From assembly GCF_011745625.1 (NCBI RefSeq), contig NW_027191455.1:434001-498000 (forward strand): a stretch of DNA of 64,000 nucleotides, read 5' to 3'. Below, piece by piece: positions 52,099-62,951 of the stretch. Position 1 is the stretch's first letter. Each line of letters begins with the position of its first letter. The notes under the pieces were generated by a model. That model was given only the letters and a program-made list of their open reading frames with translations. It ran no database searches and was not told the origin of the DNA. A program made the translations under genes and the position numbers. This stretch comes from Cladosporium halotolerans (Eukaryota).

Positions 52099-54151
52099 GT
52101 CCGTCTTGCGCTCGAGTGGCGAGCGCCCGTTGCGCTCGATGCCCGCAGACACATGGGCCCAGACTGTGAAATTGAAGCGCAGGAATAATGTCGTCTACGC
52201 GGTTCAAGAAGCAGTGTTGCCGGGTCTGTTTCGCGTGCCTTGTCCCACGCCCAGCCCTCTCGGAGGCGGCTCCGAGCAACCTTTGGATTGGAGGATCACA
52301 TGATTGCGACGCGAGGATATCGAGCCCCGCCATCTTGGAAACGATCGGAGATCTAACTGAATGCATCGCCAGATCTCAGCCGCGAGCTCAGGCTCTCACA
52401 CTTGCCAGGGCATTGTAAGGTAGCTAGCTGTAAACCACAGCGGACGGTGAGAAGAGCGACCCTGTCGGCGCAAAGTCACCTGAGAGAAAAACGTACACTT
52501 GTAGCGGGGCTCTAGTAAAGAGCGAGGACATTGAGAGCGTTCAAGGCACCAATAGTGATGTGTAGGGCCTGACCATTTCTTCACTTGCAAAGACCGCCAT
52601 AACTACAGCCAAGCCAAGGTACTTCCGGCTCTGGAGCTTGACCAACTTCAAATCCGGACAATGATGACAAATAAAACAAGGATTTATATATGACAACGTT
52701 TAATAAGTAACCACATACGACCATAGGTCAGTGAAAACTGGGCATCCCGTCCGCTCTGCCATACACAAGCACTGAACCGGGCGACTAGTACTAGAGTGGG
52801 TGACCATCTGGGAATCCCGCCTGTTGTATGTTTTTGCCGTTCTCGCTGATATTTTGCTTGAGTTGCTGAGGTATTTCGCCATAAAATGTAGCGTTGTACC
52901 CCTGAGCGGCGGCAACATTCAATCCACGTCCCAATATGTTGTTCTCCCTATAACGATGAAGAATCTCAATGCATGCCGGTGCGGACGACGTCGCGTCTGC
53001 TTAGCGTTCAGGTAGAGTTCGTCTCGACTACCAGGCCCATTTGCTTGCCGCATCTACCTCAGTAGACACATGCCGGCCAATGCGGATCCCAAGTCCCCAT
53101 TGCAATCTGGCATGATCTTTTTCCCATGGCCTCCGAAAGTTACAAGTCTGGGAAGCCAGACGGATGTTATCACTCGACCGCTATGGCTTTCCAAACGACG
53201 CTTCGTCTTTTGTGTAATGCGGATTAATGGCCTTCTGGTAACGTGTGCGACCAGGACAATCCAAAGGAAGCCTGATGAGCTGAGACACCGCCGCGGAGAA
53301 GTCGGCATAATGCAGGCTACGCCTTCCGCTTCGGGTTGGATCAGGATGTCCATGTGTCGGCTATTCGCGAATCGGTTTGTCTCCGCATGCGAGGATCTGC
53401 ACCACGCGCACGCATCTCCGCATTTCTTCGTACCCCTCGTTGCTGGAGAGCTGCAGTGGCTGCGTTGACGAGACGATGGCTGGCTCGAACCGCGCGAGAA
53501 GGTGCGCTCATCATCCAGTAGCACCTTCACGCGGAGCCCACCCGATAATGCCCCATGTACGGTAGACACGTCGAGAGGCAGATGTGGAGCGCCAGCCGTC
53601 AACGGCCTCGCCCTCCGTCCTGTGCGCCGGCCGCTCCACCGCCGTTCTCAGCACCGTCCACCAACACGAAGGCGGGGGAGCGTGACGATTCTGCGCGCCG
53701 CGTGATCCTCCTCGCCCGCTACAACTCCCACCACAATTTCCTTGCGCATAGGGCAGCCGAGGCAGCGGCTGACGAGAGCCTCGCCGCGCAGTCGTTCCAC
53801 CGCGAACCGTTTCGGCGCCGGCTTGCCTGCACGCCGCTCCGCATGACAGCCTGTGAAGTCTCTGCTTCTCCGCTCCCGCTGTCCCGCTGAGCTCGCGCGG
53901 ATTTTTCGCCCACCATCTCGGCCGCGTTTCCATTAGCCAACCTCTTACCTCACTCTCTTTCTGCTCGTTTGCTCCTGCAACCTTATCAATTGATATTCTC
54001 TTTTCATTACCACACTGATACCCGCCCACGTGCCCGCGCTCCCCAGCTCAGCCTTGTGTCGTTTGCCGGCAGATCGAGTGGACCAGACCACGCTCTAACT
54101 TGCTTGGGCTATTGCGTTTCGCGCCGTATTGATCTGCCCGGGTACCTGCAG

Positions 54152-55754
54152 ATGGCAGAAGACGACGCTGGCAGCAGCAACATCGCCCCGGACGCCGGGG
54201 ACGATATTGCTGCTGTTGGTAAGATCGATGTCGCCCGCGATGGCACTCCGAGCTCCATGGAGTCCACGCCGGAGGTCGAGGGTGCAACCGAGGCGTCACA
54301 AGAACCTGCTGCCCAACCTCAGAAGCGGAAAGGTGGAAGGAAGCCTGTATGTCTTTGTTTCCAAGTGTTCAACCTGGCCCTGCGTGACTGACATTGGGAA
54401 GATATATGCGACTTCAGAGGAACGCAAGCAGCGAAATCGGCAAGCTCAGGCTGCGTTCAGAGAACGTCGAACCGAGTACATCAAGCAACTGGAGGCAACG
54501 ATCAAACAGAACGAGGAGACTCTGGGCACGCTGCAACAGAGTCATCGTTCTGCAGCTGACGAATGCTTGATGCTCCGGTACAAGAACTCGCTTCTCGAGC
54601 GAATTCTGTTAGAGAAAGGTATGGCATTGTTCGACTCGTCCAATCTAGTGTTGTCTAACATGTATGTCAGGCATTGACGTCCAGACTGAACTACAAATGA
54701 AGAGCGGGAGTCCTGCATTTCCTCCGGGATTCATGCAGCAACTCACAGGCATGCCCCAAATGCAATCCTCGCAGCCTCCTTTGCAACGAGCTGCAATCCA
54801 ACGGCAGCACGCTCGGCGTTCTGGGCAAGCTCTAACTCCTAAGCTTCCTCACGGTCAATCGCACCCGGACATGGGCTTCACATCGACTTCACCACAAGCG
54901 GGCCCAACACCATCCTCCCACGTGTCGTCGCCATCGAATCTTTCAACGCGTTCGTTGCAAACAGGTGGGATGACTCCGCCAGCATCAGGCGTACTTGCTC
55001 AGCCTCAGGGACAGCATTCTTCGCACTTTCCGCGTTCTCAGCAGCCCTCACTCAACTCTGTAATGTATCAACCTCCGCAACAAGGGTCGCACTTGCATCG
55101 ATCGCAGCGACCAGGGCAGTTCCCGACCGGTGCCGGCGGCTTGTCCAAACAGTCACCCGGCAGCCAACACCAAAATCCCCCTGGCAGCTCCGGTAGCGCC
55201 GGCAACGGAACATCTGGCTCTGTCACTTTGGCATCAGCGTACTACCCCAGCCCGTTTCAAAAGCATATCGACCAGCTCGGCAAGTTCACCCCTCCCCCTT
55301 CTCCATCTACTGTGGAACTTTGTCGTCCTAGGGTTAACTCGTGAGTACAGAACAGGAGTACGACACATCGAATGCCTCGCACTCCATGCTTGATCAGACG
55401 GATCCCGATCACGACCATGCCAGCACTTCCGAAAATCTCGACGCACACAACCTCCAGGGGAACTACCCTCCTCAGCACTACGATCAATCGCACTCTGCGC
55501 ACGGCCAAGGCTTCGGATTCCAGCAGCACGGGCAGCAATCGCACATGCCTCCTCCCGGACAGCAACAATTGACTCCTCAATACGAACAGCAGCAGCAGCA
55601 GCAAGGAGCTGAAGGCGAGACGAGTGCTTATGCATCGATTCCGCACATGATTGATCCTAACGACCCCATGCTGGATGCAGATCCCTTCGGACTCAGCGCC
55701 AGCATGCACTACCCAACCGCTTATTCCTTCGATCAGGGCAGCGGTGGCCGATGA
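54152..55754 (+). CDS. bZIP transcription factor; introns 54347-54401, 54619-54670 and GC-AG intron 55280-55350
   Basis: KRKGGRKP|IYATSEERKQRNRQAQAAFRERRTEYIKQLE plus leucine zipper. Q-rich middle. C-terminal DPMLDADPFGLSASMHYP. Confidence 0.92.
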
Positions 55755-56602
55755 TTGCTTCCCGGAAACGGTGTTGCATTTCGACGAAAAGTTTTCTGTA
55801 CAGCGTCTGAAGAAAAACTGCACAAATGGCGTTTGATTTAAGTCGGCAGAACAAAAGCATAATGGGACGCATTTTGACGGATTATATGATGGGTTATCTG
55901 AAACGAAAAAGATCACAGCGAAGGCGCTGGGGCGGAAGGCTGTTTGGGAAGATATTTTGAGCGCTCTGATCTGGTCGCATGGGCTGTTTCATCCGCCCTG
56001 TGATGTTTGCGTTGTACATAGGGTTTCTGATCGGTTGAGAGAACACGTTTGAGGAGTAGTGGCTCATGCAATTCAGGTAGGTGATGTTGAAGTGGTGGTC
56101 CTTCTGAAATATTATGGACGACGCCAAGCTGGCGGAGCTAGCGCAGCTTGACAACGGCGACTCTGTCGTGTGGTGTCTGTTGGCGATCGGCGAGCGCTCT
56201 TTGCTACTTACGTTGTCCTGAGTCGTTGGCTGGTGGGGGACGGCAACATGAACAACTGATGCACCCGGAATACCATGGTTGTCGCTTTTGCGGCAGCGAT
56301 TACTTGGTCAGCACGAATAGCTTAGTCTCCGTTGACAAATAGGAACCAAATATGACAACCCCGCCGGGATGACACCCCCTCTCGCGGCAGAACCATCGTC
56401 ACCATCATCATGATTGTGGTCGCGCACAGCTGGAGCTGTCTTGCTTGCTGGCAGCGGGCTTGGCGCACAGCTTTTCGAGAGGGCTGGCGTGCGTTTGGCC
56501 GCGGCCGTGCGCACCCGCCAGCCTGCGCGCTCTTCGCTCCACCCGACTGCACAACTTTCTTCGAGTGATGGGCGTAGTGTGTCTGTGAAACTGCAGGAGA
56601 AG

Positions 56603-58238
56603 ATGAGCCAGATCGCGAGCAAGGTATGCTGCCGCCCCGATGTCTTACGGTCGCGCCGTCGCGTTTGCGATGGAACACGCATTGGCTTGTGTCCCGTGCG
56701 ATGGCATTCGTCGCCAATGCCTCCATCGCCCGTTGACGGCCGCCGTCCTACCCTCCGCGCGCCCAATGCTGACCCATCATCGCCATAGAACCTTTACGAG
56801 CTCCTGGGTATGCACCACCGACTTCCGATGCCGCGCGCTCGATTCCTTGCGAGCTTCACCGAGCTGTCGATGAGAGCGATGACGAAAGACGAACGCTGGC
56901 GCTGACACGTATTCGAAAGGCAACGACCCGGAGCTCGACCCTAACAGGGAACCGGAACCCCCGACCAAGGTCATCGACAAGCCTGTGCAGCGCGCCGGCA
57001 AGCGCAATGCTGGCGCTGAGGCACCCGCCCGCGATGCCGCCCGCCCGGCTGCTGGTGGACGCGGTGGTAGGCACGAGGTCTTCGCTAGGGCCGATGCTGG
57101 TATGTGGCATTCATTCTTGGGGGCGGAGAGGAGGGAGGTTCGGCGCGGCGCAGAGCGAGCGAGAGGAGATGTAGGCGCTGCGCCAATGGAGTGGGAGTTG
57201 GGGTGTGATGGAGGGAATAGACGGCGGGACATGGCGGCATGGAGGCGCATTGTGCTAACACGGCTTCTTTACAGCTGGTTCGCTGAACAACCGCGCCGAG
57301 AAGCGTGACGACGGCCTCCGCCAGGACCGTCACCCCAACCGCACCAGGGGTACGTAAATGACGCATTGTCGCTACCTCTCGAGACCGACAACTAACACGC
57401 AACAGAGCCCCGTGAGCACCGCGACGCTACCGGTGCTGCCCGCACCAGCCGTGGCCGTGGCCGCGGCGCCCGTGGCGGAGAGTACCGTGGCACTAGGACT
57501 GCCCGCGACGACCGTCACAGCCACACTGGTATCGGGTACGTATCAATCCGCTCTCCTTGAGGCTTCGCGCAATTTTGCTAACTTTCCTCAAGCGAGCACG
57601 AGAAGCAGGCCGGTCACGGCTGGGGCTACAAGGAGGGCCAGTCCGAGTGGAACGACGAGAAGGCTGGTGACGCTATTGCTGCCGCCGAGGCTAAGAACGA
57701 GGCTGGCTTCACTGCCGACACTGGCGCCGCCGACCCTGCTTTCGGCTCCGGCCCTGACGGTGCGACTGCCGCACCCGAGCCCGAGGAGGACAAGAGCAAG
57801 TCCTACGACCAGTACCTTGCCGATCTCGCCGAGAAGCGCCAGGCTCTCAGTGGCGACAGCCTCGCCATCCGCAAGCCCAACGAGGGTTCCAGCCAGAAGT
57901 TCCCTGAGGGCAAGCCCGTCGAGCGTGTGCAGGAGGAGTACTTCGCCGGTGCCGCCGGCAAGCAGCACCGCGCCAAGGAGAACAAGACCAAGAACGCTCT
58001 TACCCTGGACGGCCAGTACTACGCCGCCCCTGACACTGGTGACCGCGGTCGTGGTGGTGCCCGTGGTGGTCGTGGCGAGGGCCGTGGCGGCCGTGGTGGC
58101 CGCGGTGGACGTGGCCGTGGTGAGGGTCGTGGTGCCCGTGGTGCCCCCAGCGGTGCCCGCACCGAGCAGCGCAGCGGTCCCCGTGGCGGTGCCATCAACA
58201 CCAAGGACGAGTCTGCCTTCCCCTCCCTCGGCGCTTAA
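56603..58238 (+). CDS. STM1: Stm1/HABP4-SERBP1-like ribosome- and G4-binding protein, about 6 exons
   Basis: MSQIASK|NLYELLG|NDPELD, DDRHSHTG, EHEKQAGHGWG, KSKSYDQYLA, RGG repeats, DESAFPSLGA*. Very strong codon bias. Confidence 0.88.
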
Positions 58239-59213
58239 GCCAGGAAGCCTCAGAACTGCACAGTCACTGCTGAACGCGAGATGCTTTTCCATGAGCAGAG
58301 CACGTTCCTCGGTTTATATGTGCTGAGGATCACATGAGCCGACATGATATTGGCTCCAAAATCTGTCGTATGGGACTAAAAACGGAATGAAAGCGTTGAA
58401 GCTGTTACTGCTTTTTCTTCGCCGCGGATAGTCATCTTTCGACACTGAACAGAAAACACATACCTTTTCCCCCCTTATGCTTGTGAATCCAGCCGTCTTT
58501 GGTGATCAGGCCACGTTTCATTCATTGCTTTCGAAGATCGTCATGTAGGAATTGGGTGCCCGGTGTAAAGTCCCCAGTCATGCGACCACGCATCACAGAG
58601 TAGCGATTGTGACGGGACGGCTTCGAGGTTTGCAGTTTCCATCACATCAGTCTGAAGTCGACGATCACTCTCCTTCGCAGGCTTGCACTGCCTCGAGTGC
58701 CCCTGTGAAAATCAACTGCTTCTGCCGCTGGGATCCCAGCGACGACAGGCATGAATTGAAGCAATGTTGATAATCGGACGCGTCCCAACGTCACCAGGAC
58801 GCTTTCGAATTGATTGAAGCCACATCGATGTTCGTCAGCAGATGGCCCGTCACAGCCGCACGGCATCTACGAACCCTACAGCATAAATTTCCGATCGTGG
58901 CCTCCCGCTCACCGACAAGGAGAGCATACGTATTCGTGGAGGCTGTGTCAACGAGGCCTCACTTCGCTCCCCCGCACGTGGGCTTGAATGGCTGCGGTCA
59001 AGTGATTGGAACAGCTCCTCATGGCGTTAACGGCATTGCTCGATAGACTGTGGGGGAAAGCTTGTACGGGGTGAGTCTGCGATGGACGCGTATGCATTCC
59101 GGGAGGTGGGAAGGATGCTCATGTCCGGTTAATCAGCCACCACTATGTGGCTTGCTGGGCTGACCAGATGGCGGTGGAATGTGATGTGTAACTAGGTATC
59201 ATCGCCTAGATGT

Positions 59214-59330
59214 AAATGGAGGCGTCTATAGCAGCCTGAAAACAACCGTGATTTCTGCTGGAAAACAACGCCAAAGAAGCTTTCACTCAGAAGAGCTCAT
59301 CATCCAAATGGAGACGTCTATAACAGCCTG
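59214..59330 (+). repeat. Two 25-bp direct repeats (59214-59238, 59306-59330)
   Basis: AAATGGAGGCGTCTATAGCAGCCTG vs AAATGGAGACGTCTATAACAGCCTG, 23/25 identical. Confidence 0.85.
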
Positions 59331-60342
59331 CAGGCAACATCTTCAGTGCATCTCGGATGCATTGACGCCGCCTCTATCCAAGGCGACATAGCTGAGCAGT
59401 CGCTGTCATCAGTATTAGGGTAGCTACTCCATGGCTGTTGCCAAGTTAACCTTGTGTCTCGCGAGGAGCTTGTATCCGACGAGACTCTATTTAGCGTCGA
59501 CCTGCTCGAAAAGCAAACTCTGACATTCTTCTAGAATGAGGGCGGCTTGAAGCACGATATTGCACTAAAGTGCGGACGTCGACCAGGTGGCTGACAATAC
59601 GAGGAGCTCGTGGGCGCTGGGGTGTCAGACCATCCAGCCTCGTTGTTGGTTGCTCAGCCTTCCCAAACACCGACGCTCGGGCCTCTGGAGCTGTTTTGCG
59701 GAGACGCAGCCTATCGCCGTGCGAGCCGTGATAACGTTATTCCGCCTCGTCGAACATCTTAACGCCGCAACGTCTTGCTCTTGGCCGCAAGGGAGCGCTG
59801 AAGATAGCCTTGACTCGCTCGAATCATCTTCGATCTGTCATATGGTGAAGCTCCGGCCGCGCGGCCATGTCAACAGCATATCGTATGCCGAGCCGGAATA
59901 CCAAGACAGGTGCAGCGAAAGGGCATCCGGGTCTCCTCCAAACCGCCCGACTTGGCTAGGCTGATCTCCCACGGTGCGACAGAGGGCACCATTTGGTAGG
60001 TAGGCGGTGGCTGCCCGAGGGCGCGATGTGCGGGCATCAGCCGCGACACACGTGTGAGGCCAGCGAGTGCCGGGCGCAGCACCTCTTATGCTTCGATGGC
60101 TGGTCTTGGAGGCTGTCGTCTTTCTTTTCTGGATAGTGGGGCGGGCGACATGTCGTGGCTTGGGCTGATGCTCTCCCGTATTACTGTAGCTGATCTCCCT
60201 GCGTGGTGGTTCGTTGCTCACCTCATCTCCGCCTTCCATTGTGAGGCCTGACTGGGTCGTCGCTTCATTCACTCTTAGTCTTCCCTATTCTTACAGTTAG
60301 AACGTTCAAACTCGACACGTTCATTCAGTATATTCCCGAAAC

Positions 60343-61979
60343 ATGAGGACTTTCACTACGGCAGCAGCAGCTCTGAGTCTCGGTAAGTGGTGGATTATCA
60401 CGCGTTCAATCGCAATGGTACTAACGATTCGACAGGCTCAACTGCCCTCGCACAGCTCTCCCAGCAATGTTTCAGCGAAGTGTGCTACCAACTCAACATT
60501 CCGCAAAGCACTGCAGACTCTGGCAATGGCGATATATTCATTCAGATGACTGCCCCGACGAGCTACGAATGGGTCGGCCTAGGTCAAGGTTCTTCCATGA
60601 GCGGTGCCAACATGTTCATCATGTATATGTCAGCCGACGGAAGCAATGTCACCGTCTCCCCTCGATCTGGATCCGATCAAAGGGAGCCGCAGGTCAACAG
60701 CGCTGCAGATATTAGCGTGCTTGAAGGGTCCGGTGTAGAGGGTGACACCATGACCGCTAACATTCGGTGCGGAAGCTGCTCTAGCTGGAGCGGTGGCAGT
60801 ATGGATTTCTCGAGCTCCAGCGCATCGTGGATTCATGCTACTGCCTCAGGCTCGGCTATCCAGTCCGACAGCTTGGACGAGAGCATCAGTCAGCACGGCC
60901 GCGACTATGGTTCCTTCGACTGGGACTTCTCAAACGCAAAGGGTGGCAGCGAGGTCAACCCCCTTCTCAGTGCTACCGGAACCTTGGGCTCTGGATCAAC
61001 GAGTGGCTCCGCGACCTCCGGAGCAGCCTCTTGCACACGCGCTCCATCTAAGACTCTTGCGTCTGTCACTGGAACTTCTGGCTGCCCTACTGCCTGGCCC
61101 ACTGAATTCTCTACCTCCTGGCCAACAGCTCGCCCAACTTGGGCTGCTGACTGTCACCCAGAGGGCTTTGGCCGTGGAGGCTACGGTCCCCCCGGCAATC
61201 CTGATTCATGGCCTACCGACGCCCCTTGGCGCGACAACAACGAGAAGCGCCAGCTCCCTGAATGCGACGAAGATAGCTCATCTTCCGGAGGCTCAAGCTC
61301 GAACCTCTCCCAGAACGGACGAAGCGGCGCCTTCGGCAGCTCGCAACAGACAATGCTCCTTGCACACGGTGTCATGGCTTCCTTAGCCTTCGTCGGCTTG
61401 TTCCCTATCGGCGGTATCTTGATCAGGGTGGCAAGCTTCACCGGCCTCGTCTGGGTGCATGCTGCCCTACAGGTCCTGGCTTTCCTTCTCTATATTGTGG
61501 CGTTTGGTATTGGAATCTGGATAGCCGTGAACGGCCGCTATTTGACCAATGCGCACCCAATCATCGGCATCGTGCTGTTCATCATCCTCTTCGCGCAGCC
61601 GCTTGGAGGCCTGCTGCACCACAGGTACTACAAGAAGTACGGACGCCGCACAACGGTCTCATATGCCCACATCGGCATTGGCCGCATCGCTATTATCCTC
61701 GGAATCGTCAACGGTGGTCTGGGTCTCCAGCTCGCCGGTAACCGCAACCGCAGCCACATCATCGCTTACGCCGTCGTTGCCGCAGTGATGGGTCTGCTGT
61801 ACATCGCTTCCATCATTTACGGTGAAAGGAAGAGGAGCAGGCACTCTCCTCCGACTTACCAGCACAGCCAGAAGGAGCAGAGCCGCCATTACTCTAGCAG
61901 CAATGATTCGGCCTACGATGTACCTCAGCCGCAGGGGTCTCCGAGAGAGTACTACTCGAAACGGGATAGTCGGCGTTGA
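60343..61979 (+). CDS. DOMON/CDH-cytochrome domain plus cytochrome b561-like membrane protein; intron 60383-60435
   Basis: Signal peptide. WVGLGQGSSMSGANMFIMY..NVTVSPR, ANIRCGSCSSW, ISQH. TM domain with His ligands AHGVMA, VHAALQ, AHPIIG, LHHRY, AHIGIGR, NGGLGL. Confidence 0.9.
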
Positions 61980-62330
61980 GAGGGAAAGAGAGTGAAAGTG
62001 CGGGTTGAATTTGAGATGCAACGAAAGCGAGATTGATATCATTGCAATTAGAGCGACACGACACGGTATTTTAAACATAACGATATAGATTCTTTGGCAA
62101 CATGATGGCAGCACGATCAGTGGTATTGCGAATACAGAGCTTCCTCATCCCGATTGTCAGCGTCTCGAGAAAAAAAAAAAAGTCACATGACGTACTACCA
62201 TCAGCGCCCGACCCAGGGAGCAGCAAAGATCCAGGGAGATAGTGGGAAATGAACTGAACATTACAGCACATGAAATCACTGTTTCCCACTACCAATGAGT
62301 GTCTACAGCTACGATGTTGTGGATCTACTA

Positions 62331-62705
62331 CTGTTTGCAGAAGCCTGCTCTCCAGCTCTCGGCCTTGGAATTCAGCGCCCTACGAGACTCGGTTTTGATT
62401 GTTTCCGCAATCGATTCGACGAGCGGAATATAGGTTCCTCGCACTTAATAGCCGATTAAGACTCTCTACGACGCGAGATTGCGGGCGGGGAGGGTGTGAC
62501 TTCGACCTCATTGTCGCTAGTAAGATCGATGATGGTCGCGGGCGAAGAGAGGGGAGTCGCCTCCGTGGTCGAAGTGCTACCACTAACGCTTGAATCGTCG
62601 GTAGTAGCATGAGTAGCCTATAGCTTGCGGAAAGCGTGAAGATTGAGTCTCGTAACGCGGTGAACAATTCCGAGGCTAGGCTGGGCAATAGGCTTCTGCA
62701 AACAG
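62331..62705. mobile_element. Putative MITE / foldback element, about 375 bp, flanked by TA
   Basis: 62328-62346 is the exact reverse complement of 62690-62708. Inverted similarity continues inward for about 80 bp (GGAATT, TACGAGACTC, TTTCCGCAA). No credible coding capacity. Confidence 0.55.
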
Positions 62706-62951
62706 TAGGAGCGGAGACAGTGCCAGGACTTTCTCCAACAACCCTTGCCACAGCAACAAGAAAACAAGCTGGGGTAAACAAAGGGTGAAACGCTCCAGCA
62801 GGCATTGCCGGTCAATAACATAAAACTAATAATTACATCATTCATTCATCGAAGTTATCGTAATAACAGTTGCTACGATTCTCGAGTCTATCATTCGAAG
62901 ATAGTCAAACACGCGCATGCGGCGTCAAGCAGCCGATGACATGTCCTGAGC

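Noticed and set aside
52660..52775. ATGATGA as a possible C-box of a C/D snoRNA
   Set aside because: No convincing D-box with terminal stem, and no recognisable rRNA guide.
57358..58326. 322-aa and 234-aa alternative-frame ORFs over STM1
   Set aside because: Off-frame and antisense shadows of a highly biased gene that cross clear introns.
59214..59330. Repeat-spacer-repeat as a CRISPR-like array
   Set aside because: Only two copies, 67-nt spacer, eukaryotic context, no cas genes.
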